Source: the human T2T-CHM13v2.0 reference genome, Homo sapiens. From it: a DNA stretch of 64,000 bases. The notes beneath the pieces were generated by a model. The model saw only the letters and a program-made list of their open reading frames with translations, did no database searches and was not told the origin of the DNA. How positions within the stretch are numbered: position 1 is the stretch's first letter; each line of letters opens with the position of its first letter. Where the stretch lies: assembly GCF_009914755.1 (NCBI RefSeq), contig NC_060940.1; one strand, written 5' to 3'. Below are positions 30,199 to 43,200 of this stretch, piece after piece. The position numbers and the translations under genes are program-made.

Positions 30199-30620
30199 GT
30201 GAGTACTAACCCAGGATGGGGCCTGGGGGTGGGAGGGCCTGAGAAAATAGGTGGCACAGAGCCCTGTCGTGCAGGAAAAAGGGGAGAGGTCCTTGCTCCA
30301 TGCACAGGACACAGCCAAGGGGAACATTAGGAATACCTCACCGTTGGTAGCAACAGATCTGGGACAAAGAAAAATGACCAGGGGGGTCCTTAAACCCGTG
30401 GCCACAGGCAGGGCAGCAACCCCAAAAGGCTTCAGGAGGAGGGGAGTGTGGCAGGCTCCCAGCCGGCTCCCACGGCTCCCCTCCCCTGCCCGCCCGTCCA
30501 GCTGGCTGTGTCAGCCTCTCCCTCTCCCTTGCATCGTTTCCATCTCCCAGCCAAGACCTCCCTGACAGATCTGCCCAGCCTGTAGACAATACAGACAGGT
30601 TTTTAAAAAGCCAAATATGG

Positions 30621-30885
30621 GGCCAGGCGCAGTGGCCCACGCCTGTAATCCCAGCACTTTGAGAGGGTGAGGCGGGCAGATCACTGGAGGTCAGGAGTTC
30701 GAGACCAGCCTGGCCAACATGGCGAAACCCCGTCTCTATAAAAACACAAACATTAGCCAGGCATGCTGGCGCATGCCTGTAATCCCAGCTACACAGGAGA
30801 ATTGCATGAACCCAGGAGGTGGAAGTTGCAGTGAGCTGACATCGCGCCACTGCACTCCAGCCTGGGTGACAAAGCAAGACTGCAT
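30621..30885 (+). mobile_element. AluS with internal deletion and no normal A tail
   Basis: CCCAGCTAC joins ACAGGAGAAT; ends GCAAGACTGCAT then a short TA-rich linker. Confidence 0.9.
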
Positions 30886-30911
30886 ATAAAATATATATGT
30901 CTATACATATA

Positions 30912-31333
30912 TTTTTGCTCCCGCAGCCGCGGCTTTTTGCCGCCGCTTTCTGCCGCCGCCCCTTTTTGCCGCAGCTTTCTGCCGCCGCCGCCGCTTTCTG
31001 CCGCCGCCGCCTTTTGCCGCCGTCGCCGCCGCCCCGGCTTTTTGCCTCCATCCCCGCCGCCGCCGCTTTTGCCGCCGCCCCCGCCGCGGTTTTTTGCCCC
31101 CGCCGCCGCCGCGGTTTTTTGCCCCCGCCGCCGCGGCTTTTTGCGGCTTGTTGCCCCCGCCGCCGCTGTTTTTTGCCGGCGCGGCTTTTTGCCCCCGCCG
31201 CCGCGGCTTTTTGTGGCTTTTGCCCCCGCGGCTTTTTGCCCCCGCCGCCGCGGGTTTTTGCCGTCGCGGCTCTTTGCCCCCGACGCCGCGCCTTTTTGCC
31301 CCCGACGCCGCAGCTTTTTGCCCGCCGCGGCTC
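30912..31333. repeat. GC-rich GCTTTTTGC/(CCG)n compound minisatellite
   Basis: Units such as GCCCCCGCCGCCGCGGCTTTTT and GCCGCCGCTTTCT; top strand almost devoid of A. Confidence 0.95.
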
Positions 31334-31701
31334 TGAGGGCGGGAGCGGCACACTCGGCTGCCAGCTCTACCGGCGTCCTGGCTCGGGCAGCGCTGAGGGG
31401 CGCTCCTGGTCCAGCTCTCCCGGCTCGGGGGTCCCTTGCCTACGCGCCGGCGCCCCGGGCTCCCCGCCTTGGCCGCTGCGGCCTGCATAGAGCGGCGCTC
31501 CGCGCGGCCGCGATGTGAGAGAAGAAGGAGGGCGGTGGCGGGGGTGATGCGCCGGCCGCGGTGGGAGGCGCAGGGGCGGCGGCCAGCCGGGCGCTGCAGC
31601 AGTGCGGGCAGCTCCAGAACCTCATCGGCAGCCTGCGCGGGCTGCGCACCAAGTGCGCTGTGTCCAACGACCTCACCCAGCAGGAGATACGGACCCTGGA
31701 G
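31334..31701 (+). pseudogene. KSR1 (kinase suppressor of Ras 1) exon 1 copy, disabled
   Basis: 31483-31701 reads [72 protein letters not shown], then donor GTAAGG. It matches the KSR1 N-terminus except for TGA at 31516 and a 4-codon deletion. Confidence 0.92.
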
Positions 31702-32531
31702 GTAAGGGGTGTGTGGACCCCGGCTGGGCTCGAGGAGCGGCCCGGACACCTCCCTCCGGGCCCTAGTTCACTTCTGGCGGAGTTGCATCCTTGAGCTCGA
31801 GTCGCCCGGTTGGAGGCTTCTCCCTCCTGCACTTGCTGATGCGGCAGCCGGAGGACCCGGGTCCAGCCCTCACCTTGGGCAGGATTTCTGGGGCGGGTGC
31901 GTGGTCGGAACTGGGATAGAGGCTCGAGGGGCCCATGGGTGGGGTGGGCTGCGCGCGGACATCCCCTTACCCCCCCCCCCCCCCCGAATTTCCATCTGGT
32001 CCAGCCCTCTCATCTTGTAGGTGAGGAAACCGAAGGCCTGAGGGAGAACTGACTTGCCAGGAACCCCTGTTAAGGAGAATTAACAAAGAGTGGTTATTAA
32101 AGGAGAACTGAGTTGGGAGTCAGACCTGGAGGCCCACACGCTTGGTTAAGACATTATACCACCTTGAATCTGGCATGTTGACTGAGGGTGAGCCACTCCA
32201 TCCTCGTCTGATTGTGGGGTCTTGACCTCAAGGGGTTTCTTGCAGGAAAAAGCAAATAGGCTTGCTTTCCTAGCTCTGTCCAGTACCTTAGGGACCCTGA
32301 GGACTGGAGAGATTCTTGGAGAGCCATCTGGTGTATGTCATGGGTGGGCCTTTTTTGAAGGTCAGTCTGCCCAGTGGGCTGGCTCAGCCCGAATGAACTG
32401 TCTTGAATCTTTGGAGTTGTCTGTGTACTTTTAAGGGCTTCTCATCCTTGCACCAAAAGATCCCCTGGAAATTAGGTGGGAAAACCTTAACTTTTGTGGG
32501 GCCTTGTGTTTGTCTTAAAATTCCTGCACAT

Positions 32532-32792
32532 GGCCAGGTGGGGTGGCTCACACCTGTTATCTTGTCCTGGATCCCTTGAGTCAAGGAGTTTGAGAACAAC
32601 CTGGACAATATAGTGAGACCCCGTCTCTACAAAAAATAAAATATTATCCAGGGGTGGTTGTGCGCATCTGTAGTTCCAGGTACTACTGTGGCTGAGGCGG
32701 GAGGAGCACTTGAGCCTGCACTGAGCTGTGATCTCACCAGTGTACTCCAGTCTGGGCCACAGAGCAAGACCTTGACGCAAAAAAAAAAAAAA
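32532..32792 (+). mobile_element. AluJ-like element
   Basis: Diverged dimeric Alu with A tail. Confidence 0.8.
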
Positions 32793-32913
32793 CCAACAAG
32801 AAAAATTCTTGAAGATTTTGCATTCTGTCTCACTATCCATTGGTTTTCATGTCTAGATAATGTCAGAAATTCTTTACAATTGCTTCCAGAAGGAGTAGCC
32901 TTTTGATCTAGTG

Positions 32914-33107
32914 CACAGGTGTCCAGTCTTTTGGCTTCTCAGGGCCACATTGGAAGAAGAATGCTCCTAGGCCGCACATAAAATACACTAATGCTAACGA
33001 TAGCTGATGAGCTTAAAAAAAAAAAAAGGTTTGTGCATAATTTTCATGATACCCACCACCACAGATAGGTGGAAAAGTCCTTGTAGTCAAAGGGTTGGAC
33101 ACAGCTG
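32914..33107 (+). mobile_element. MER30 hAT-Charlie element
   Basis: GGTGTCCAGTCTTTTGGCTTC...GGTTGGACA, with 8-bp TSD ATCTAGTG at 32906-32913 and 33108-33115. Confidence 0.85.
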
Positions 33108-33472
33108 ATCTAGTGTCTTGTCGTCCATTTTGGCTTTCTCCCTGATTCCAGAATGCAGGTAGAGATGTAGAGACATGCTTTCAGGACAGCTATTGAGATA
33201 AAAAATTCGTTGTCATTTATTCCCAAGCACAGCTGTTTGTCATTTTCATTGAAAAAGTCTCCATTTAAACTGCTGTCACATATAAAATCTATTTATATAA
33301 GTCTGTATTTTTCTGTTGTCTTGGCCTTTGTGGGCAGTAGTGTGTTTTAACCGAGCAAACTGTCCTTCCAAATAATGAAGCTGAAGTCAGCCTACCTGCT
33401 TGCCATTTTTCTTCCCCTTCCATTTTTCTAACCTCAGGATAATTGTAAGAATGAATTAAGATTTGTGTTTAA

Positions 33473-33590
33473 GGCCGGGCACAGTGTCTCAGGCCTGTAA
33501 TCTCAGCACTTTGGGAGGCAGAGACAGCTGTATCGCTTGAGCTCAGGAGTTGAAGACCAGCCTGGGCAACATACTGAGACTCTGTCTTGT
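33473..33590 (+). mobile_element. FLAM-type Alu monomer
   Basis: GGCCGGGCACAGTG...CCAGCCTGGGCAACATA. Confidence 0.8.
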
Positions 33591-34489
33591 ATAATTAAAT
33601 TAAAATTTAATAAAAGAAGAGGAAAAGACCTGTGTTTCAAATTTAAAAAAAGGGGGGAAAGTGTAATGCAAACTGTGGACTATGCCAGCTATGATTGGGA
33701 AAAATAATTTTTCCTACAGCATTATCTGTAGACTTGTATTAGCAGCATACTGGTCATAAGCATTTTGCTTTCCTCAAATATGATGAGGTAAGCTACTTTA
33801 AAGTGTGGTGGGGCTTTCTTCTGCATGGCTCCTGGAGGTGTTGAGTCCCAATTTAGCCAATTAATTTGGGTTTAGTTTTGATATGGATAAGGGAGACCAG
33901 CTTCGTTCATGGTGCACACACAGTTTTGCCAATAAGGAGAAAAAAAAGCCACCTGAATGTTCCTACTCATTAGATGCTATCTGGAGAGCTCCTACCCCAC
34001 CCCCACCAAGGCCCGGGCCCTTAAAAAGACTCAATGCAGCCTTTCTGTATCTCATACTGTATTCTGCAAGATGCTCCTGTGAAAGAAAGTTGTGCTGCAT
34101 CAGCTGTCTCCCTCCTGAAAATCCCTGCAGATGAGGATTTGTGTTTTAAAGGTTCTGAGAAGTCCTGCAACAACAGTTCTCAAACTTATTTGTCCAGGGG
34201 ATCTTTTCTTCCACTGAACGTAGTTGGGGAGACATGGCCTTAAGCCTTGAGCAGAGAAAGAGACAAGAAACTGTTGCCTCACTTACAACCAAGTGTTGTG
34301 TTTATGTTTTAGGTTTTTATGAAACTGAGGTGCTCTTTGAGGTTCTAAATCAAATTGGGTGGTTGAAGAGAGGCTGGTATCCCTGTAGACTTAGCCAGCC
34401 ATGAGAGGTTGCCTTTTGTTGAAGGAGGTGTTTTACAAGGAAATAGGGTGTCTCCTGGGCATCGCATTAGCACTTAAATACATGTATCA

Positions 34490-35772
34490 CTGAAATGAAA
34501 TGAAATGATGAAATGATGAAATGAAATTAAATGATGAAATGAAATGATGAAATGAAGAAATGAAATGGAATGAAATGAAATGAAATGAAGTGAAATGATG
34601 AAATGAAATGAAATGATGAAATGGTGAAATGAAGAAATGATATGAAATGATGGAATGAAATGATGAAGTGAAATGATGAAATGAGGAAATGAAATGATGA
34701 ATTGAAATGATGAAATGAATGACGAGATGAAAAGATGAAATGAAATAATGAAATGAGGACATGAAAAGGTGAAATGAATTGATGAGATGAAATGAAATCA
34801 TGAGATGAAATGATGAGATGAAATGAAATCATGAGATGAAATGATGAGATGAAATGAAATCGAGATGAAATGATGAAATGAGATGAAGTGAAATGATGAA
34901 ATGATGAGATGAAGTGAAATGATGAAATGATGAGATGAAATGATGAAATGAAATAAGGAAATGATGAAATGATGAAATGATGAAATGAAATGGTGAAATG
35001 AAATGATGAAATGAAATGATGAAGTGAAATGAAATGAAATGATGAAAAGATCAAATGATGAAATGAAATTATATGAAATGATGAAATGAAATCAAATGAT
35101 GAAATGAAGTGAAATGATTAAATGATGAAATAATGAAATGAAATGATGAAATGATGAATAGATGAAATGAAATGATGAAATGAAATGACGAGATGAAAAG
35201 ATGAAATGAGATGAAATGAAATCATGAGATGAAATGATGAAATGATGAGATGAAGTGAAATGATGAAATGAAATGAAGTGACGAAATGCAAACGATGAGA
35301 TGAAATGATGAAATGAAATAATGAAATGAAAGGATGAAATGATGAGATGAAATGATGAAAGGATGAAATGAAATGAAATGAGGAAATGAAATGATGAAAT
35401 TATGAAGTGAAATGATGAAATGAAAAGATGAAGTGATGAAATGATGTTATGAAATGATGAAATGAAGTCAAATGATGAAATGATGAAATGGTGAAATGAA
35501 ATGATGAAATAAATGAAATGAAATGAATTGATGAAATGATGAAATGAAATGCAATGAGATGAAAAGATGAAATGACGAGATGAAAAGATGAAATGATGAG
35601 ATGAAATGAAATCATAAGATGAAATGAATAAATGAGATGAAGTGAAATGATGAAATGAAATGTGATGAAATGATGAAATGATGAAATGATGAGATGAAAT
35701 GATGAAATGAAAAGATGAAATGATGAAATGAAATGAAATGAAATGATGAAATGAAATGATGAAATAGATGAA
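34490..35772. repeat. (GAAAT)n/(GAAATGAT)n satellite-like simple repeat
   Basis: About 1.28 kb built from GAAAT, GAT, GAGAT and GAAGT words; top strand nearly C-free. Confidence 0.97.
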
Positions 35773-35866
35773 CCAAAAATACTTATTCATTTTTTTTCTT
35801 GGCATCCTTCTAAGAGTATTTTAGTGAGGTTAATTTCTAAAAATAAATTGCTATTCAATGGCTATA

Positions 35867-36241
35867 CAGTTGGCCTTTACACCACAGGGGTTTGAACTGT
35901 GCAGGTCCACTTAGCAAAACCAACAATTCTACATCTTTCTCCACACCCTGCCCAGGAAAAGGATGAGGATGAAGACCTGTCTGATCATCTACTTCCATTT
36001 AATAACTAGTAAATATATTTTCCTTATGATTTTCTTTTTCTTTTCTCTGGCATGTTTGTTAAGAATACAGTATATAAGACATATAACATATTAAATATGT
36101 GTTAATTGACTGCTTGTGTTATTTGTAAGGCTTACAGTAGGCTATTAGTAGTTAAGTTTTGGGGGAGTCAAAGTTATAGTGGATTTTCTACTGTGCAGTG
36201 GGGCCAGCGCCCCAACCTCCGTGTTGCTTAAGGGTCAACTG
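35867..36241 (+). mobile_element. Tigger2a-like DNA transposon
   Basis: TA-CAGTTGGCCTTTA...GGTTTGAACTG...TAAGGGTCAACTG-TA: TIRs with TA duplication. Confidence 0.8.
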
Positions 36242-38387
36242 TACTTGTTATTTCCTTTCCTGTAAGAGAAAAATGATGAGAAGGTCTTTTCTCCAATAAG
36301 TGTATTCAAAATGTAGCAGATTTGAAATGTGTTGGCGCCACCATTTTGCATCTCACTTTGAAAACTTATTATTAAAAATCGTACTAAAGCCTACCTTACT
36401 TTTCCAACCTTAGAAAAAATGTTACAAAGAAAAGGGGTGAATCCATGCTAGTTTGCACTGAAATTTGAAATTATCTTTTAAAAATATATTTTTACTTTAA
36501 TTACTTCCAAAATAGAGATCAGTTGCATACAAATGGCAGGTCACTCTAATCCACCCTATGACTGCACTTAGATTCATGAGGAATTGTGCCAACTAGAAAG
36601 GGCAGAGAAGAGGAATAGAGTGCTCTGCGTCTTGAAATATAAACATGCACATAGCCACATGCTTTGATTCTGTTGTCACTGTGTATTTACTGCTAGGAAG
36701 AGGGCATGTTTGTGTATTTTTATGCTAATTATTATCCAAGTTGTTAATGATTTAGGCTTTCAGAACCATATAAAGATTTTTTTCCTTTCAGATATAAACT
36801 ATCTTGCATTGTTCTTCTGATCATATGAGGGATAAATTTGCCTAAACATTCTTCAGACCATAATATGATGTCCATATAAATGCCAGTAGCAAGAGTAGAA
36901 TCAACCACAACTGCCTTTGTAATTATTTAAAGCATGTGTGCCTATAAGTAATTGGCATTTTATATAATCAAGAATCTTTGATATAATGATCTCTCAAGCA
37001 TTTGAAACATGGCTCACATATATTAATTTTATATGCAAATATATATATAACATCACTGTATATGAAACTAAATTTTGGACTTTAGAACAGCTTCTTAGAA
37101 TCTTGACTTAAATGTCCACAGTAATATTTGACTTAAAAAAATTTAGCACACTGTCACTATGATGAAAAAATTACTATAAAATTATTTAAAAAATTTTTCC
37201 ACCCTAACATTTAGAATATTCTCACATTTGTGGTTAAAACCTATTGTGATTGTTCTTAGAATTTAGATAAAAAATGTTCCAGAAAGTTTGAAGAGAAGCA
37301 CTTTAGTCGATTTTTATTTGTTCAAGCATGAAGAAATGGCATTTCATTGACATTTTAAAAACTATTCAGATTCCCTCTTTGAATTGAAGTGTTTCAAAGA
37401 TATCTTATTTTAAAATACCAAAATAGGAATAGAATATGAAGGGCTGGTTATGAGTAATATGATACACTTTTTGAGAGGATGAGATTACAATAACAATACC
37501 TCCTCTCATAGAATAGCCAGCAAGTCTCCACTAAATAAGAGTGCCTTGATTTTATAGATGTTTAATCATGGATATTGAGTTAATGCGAACGATTTGTAGA
37601 CACAGGAGTTTATTAAAGAATTATATAATATCTTTCAAGTGTTGAAATTAAGCCTGCATCCCCACAATTTTCAGAGGTGCTGATGCCTAATAAACTCAAC
37701 CCCTTGCATGCCAAAATTGGCTTAAAGCCCACCCATTACCCAAGCTACACTTCAAGCATCAAGGTTCAAAAATGTAATTTTAAATATGCAAGAGTTTGAG
37801 GAATTCACTACTCACACTTTCTTGAACAGTCTATCCAAGTGCATCAAGCAAAATGTGAGTAAAGAAATTTTGACCAAAGGATTGATAGTAATGTTGAAAA
37901 CATTTAATAGTAGATCTAAGATTAAAAGGTGAGAGTGAGGGTGAGAAGAGTGTATGAATGCTTTGTGTTCTGACAAAGAGAATGTAGCACCCATGTCCTA
38001 CCTGCTTGGTTGCATTGCCAGTGCCCACGGTAGGCTATTTTATCCAGGTTTTTAGTTTTTTTTTTGTTTGTTTTCTTTTTTTTTTTTTTTTTTTTTTTTT
38101 CAGGATAGTTAATCCAAAACCAATAACTCCATAACTGGTAGAATTGGAAGGCTTTAATAGTGCTTAACATTTTGTACATAGCTTTATAACAGTTTTCTTT
38201 TTCTTTTTTTTCTGAGAGATTCTTTTCAATATACCCCATCATGGTTGAACTCAAAGTCATTGCTTATTTGAAATTTACAACTGCTGACGTTTTGTAACCT
38301 TCGCATTCCAGGTAATTGGTTTTTTGTGCATTTTCTGTATTTTTCTCCATCAGTCTACCTAGATATTTGTTAGATTTAATATTTTAA

Positions 38388-38776
<389 letters not shown>

Positions 38777-39947
38777 TATTTCCTTCATTCTTTATGTTTA
38801 TTTTACTGGTTTTATCTCTCTCTCTCTCACTGTTTCTCTCCTTCTCATATTCACTTTGCAGTTGTCAAATAGCCCAGGTGATGTTACAGATTTACTCCTT
38901 ATAAAAGGAGGCATTACACATTACACATGCATCTTAGTGGCCTTACAAAAGTGTTTGGTTCATTTGTATTGACTATTCACCTTTAAAATATTTCAATATT
39001 CATTAAAATAGCTTCCAGCCAATATTATTAGACCTATGTTTCTAGCTTTCTTTTTTGTATTGATATCTACCTTCATTGCTGTTTGTTTAGGAAATATATT
39101 CTGTGTCACGTTATTTTCGTGAAAATTGTTTGAATTTGTGGTATGGTCTAGAAAATGTTAATTTTTGTAAGTATTCTGTATGAACATGAAAATAACATGA
39201 ATTATAATATTCATGTTCCTTATATAACATTTGCCCTTTTTAAAATCCACTAGCTTCTTTTAAAACTTACTCTTTTAATTTTTTCTTTTATCTATTACTG
39301 AAAGATGTGTGTTTCAAAAGTCTATAATGATTTGGGGGCTTATCCATTTCTACTTACTTTCTGATATTTTTGCTTTATATAATTTGACTCTCTCTCTAAA
39401 TACGTATATGTGTGAGTGTGTGGTGTGTGTGTATATATGTATGTATGTATCAGGCTAATGCACATTTAAGTCATCACATCGTCTTAATAACTTAAATCTT
39501 TTATCACACTGGTTAGACTAACTTATTTTAATAAATGTTTCTAACTTACATTCTATTTTGTCTACATAGCAAGTTTTTAAAAAATTATATTCATGTAGTA
39601 TGTTTGTATGTATATCATATATACACAGTATCTGTATTGTTTGAACTTCAAAGTTTCTGTAAATTAATATATTAGTTACCTCTCTTGTAACTATGATAGA
39701 GATGGACTTTTTTAATTTTGCCAATCTTTGTATTTTAACAAAAACATTGTCTACTTAGGTTTAAGTTAATCTTTGATCATTTATACTTAATTTGTTTTAT
39801 TAATTTGTTGTATATATATATTGTCTCATTTTCTCCTATTAGTTTCTGTCTTCTTGTTTTTAAATTATGACTTTTATTTTTATTGTTTTCATAGATAACA
39901 ACAGAGAAATGCATAACGTCCAGTGAATTTATTAAAGTTCCAAAGTC

Positions 39948-40266
<319 letters not shown>

Positions 40267-43200
40267 TTGCAAAGTCATACTCACCTTTCTGCTCTTGTCA
40301 GACAATTAAGGGGTCTTTGAATACTTCAGCCCTAATAATTTGCTTCCTAACATACATATTGCAGTGCTTATCTAATTTTAAATATATTTTTGTTTCAACA
40401 CCTAATTTTTTATTTAAATCTATCTGTATGTTTACAATATATTTTGCTCTGTGTTCATTCTTTGATTTCAGAACTTCAACCTTTCTGAAGCATGTTTTCA
40501 GTTTCTTTAGTGGAATTCTGCTGGAGGCGTTTTGTTTTTTGTCTCTAAATATGTTATTTAGCCATAGGTTGATGAATATTTTTCTTGGTTGAGAATTTCA
40601 GAATGGCATTATTAGTCTTAACAAATAATATTGTTTATTTTACCTTTCATTCTTTCTGATTTCAATATGATTAAAGGTAATTTGATTTTTCTAGTGCTAA
40701 TTGAAATATTTTTCCCTTCCTGATTGTTTACTATTTCTCTAGGAGATACATAGGTGTAGGTTTATCTCCACTGTAGCTTGCTTAGCGTGCATGGAACTTT
40801 TGAATATGCAGATTAGTGTCTTACAAAAGTCTAGAGAACTTTCAGCCAAAATACCATCACATATTGTCCCTTCCCAGTTCCCTTCTTCTATGAGAACACT
40901 CACTAAACACATGCTACATTTTCTCACCGTATCTTCCATGTCTCTTAATGACTCTGTCCACATTTTGCATTTTTAAAAATTTTCTGTAATGCATTCTGAA
41001 ATATTTATGAACTCTCACCATGGCCATGTCTAATCTGATGAGTTCATTTTTGAGTTTTTAATTTAAAATACTATATTTTTATGCAAACTACTTTTCAAAT
41101 TTGCTACATCAATTTTTTAGTCTCCTAAAATATATTCTTTTTATTTTAAATTTTTTTAAAGCAAATGTGCTTTATAATCTAACAGTGATATTTCTACTAA
41201 TGAACCTTTATGGATCTGTTTGTACTCTTTTTCTGCTTTCCTTTCAAATGTTGGAATATCATTTCCTTGTGTACTTAGATGCCTTTGAATGACAAATATT
41301 TATTTTTCTCCGAAAATTATTTTTGTGCACTTTTGAGTATTAGTAAGAAGAAAACTTGCCAAAGAGAATTTGAATTTTTTTGTGAGTCTACTAAAGGCAT
41401 CACCATTCTGGGACCACATTATGTTAATTCTTGGTCTAAAGGTGTTTGGATGTATGTTCGGACTGCACATTTAAACAATTTTTTAATTAATTGCTGTAAA
41501 TCATTAGTGATTGAGTTTCTTTAAATCTGTCCAATCTCAAGTCATTTTTATTTGCCATTTCCAGGGAATGTGAAATGGGATTAATTTACCTCTGATTCTT
41601 CTTTATACTGAGGATAGAAATTTTGGTCCTAGCTTTAGGGAGGAGCTCCTGTGTGATGCCCTATCTTGGGAAAAACTATGTATTTCTTTACTGTCCTATG
41701 TGATGTATGACAGTAGGAATCTGCACTCATTCATTTTGGTACATGTCCGTAGGGCAAAATCAGTTTCGGTGTTTAGGTATATTTTGTCTGCTCCCTGCAG
41801 TCCCATGGTTTTGAACTTATATTTTACTTTTTTTTTGTGAACATACCAATGCTTCAATTTTTTTCCAGTAATATAATCAACTATATTATGAGAAAGAGAA
41901 AAATTTTGAGAAAACACAAATTTCATGTTTTCCTACTCTAATTGGCTTTTACATAAAAATACAGGTAAAATTTATTTTTGCTTTTTTGCTATTTCTGTTT
42001 TGCTATTCTGTTTGTCTATGTCTTCTCCACATAGACACAATTAGGGAATTTTGTACACTCTTGTGCCAACTGCTTTGATAGTAACAAAATGTATTTCTCG
42101 AACTCCTAGGTATAAAACTCAAGTATCCGCAATTTAAATTCTTTTTCCCTCACTTCTATTATGTTTCCGGTCTCAATAGAAATCGATGCCAATCCAGAAA
42201 TACAAGCATTATTCTAATACTTCTCACACATTACAGAGATAGATTAAATTTTCTAGATCTCCTTAAATACTATCATTTTTCACTACTTTTATCTTAACTG
42301 TTAAGTTCAACATTTTCTATAATATTAATATATTGTGAAAATTTCCTTACTTTCTTATTTGTCCCAGGTTAAATGTTTTGCAGTCTCTACCTCACCCTGT
42401 GACGCATAAACACTGTACATGCTGTACAAATAATACATAGTTCATGTGCTTAGAGATTGCACAATTTTTATTTGGTTGATAATAGCTAATGTTTTCTTCT
42501 TCATTTTCTATTTCCTGATTTTTCTTTATTTAGTATATACTACATTATCATAAAAATAAGAACGTTTTACAAACTAAAGCAAAAGCAACCCTAGGAATAA
42601 AATGCACAAATAAAATATGTAAACATACAATTAGATGTACCATGTACCCCTCTAATTTATTTAGACATTTAATTTTAGTACGATTTTAATTAAAGTCTGT
42701 GTATTACCTGTCATCGTCTTAGTATTTTTTATATAACAAATTTTGTAAATCAAAAAGTCTCAATGTCATTATAAACTATCTTGGCAGAGGTTGATCTCCA
42801 AGAATAATTCCTCTCCCAAATTATACCAATTAGAATTTCACTATACCATAATTCTTTTAATCAGTTTCAGAGGAATAATAAATTTCAAAATTGTTCAAGG
42901 TACTTGTTGTAGTTCAAGTACATTTTGACATGTGTAAAACTGTAGACAGACTGATATAAACATATTCTAATTGACTCAAAAATATAGATTTTAAAATGTC
43001 GTGTCAATATATACATGTTCTCCTTGTGAAATAATTGCTTTTTATTCTCTGGATAGAATACTTTAATCTTTAAACCTTCAATTCACTGTTAAAAACAAAA
43101 TATTACATAAGGATATGCTTATAAAAATAATTCACAACTAGCTTTTCAATTCAGAAATATATGTGAAAAATCATCAAGCATCTAATGGATTTCAAGGAGA

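Larger units (their letters stand above)
30912..31990. promoter_or_regulatory. CpG island (GC repeat plus KSR1-derived exon 1 and intron start)
   Basis: Very high GC and unusually dense CpG, with many CCGCGG and GCGCG words. Confidence 0.8.

Noticed and set aside
30338-31749. Long ORFs on both strands (337, 282, 197, 193 aa), some superficially histone-H1- or protamine-like
   Set aside because: They are read-throughs of a stop-free GC repeat plus an Alu, open in several frames at once, with no independent gene structure.
34490-35772. CRISPR-like array or HSat2/3
   Set aside because: No unique spacers, eukaryotic context, and the core is GAAAT rather than GGAAT.
34487-35805. Phe/His/Ile/Ser-rich ORFs of 104-237 aa
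   Set aside because: Translation of the (ATTTC/ATC)n strand of the simple repeat.
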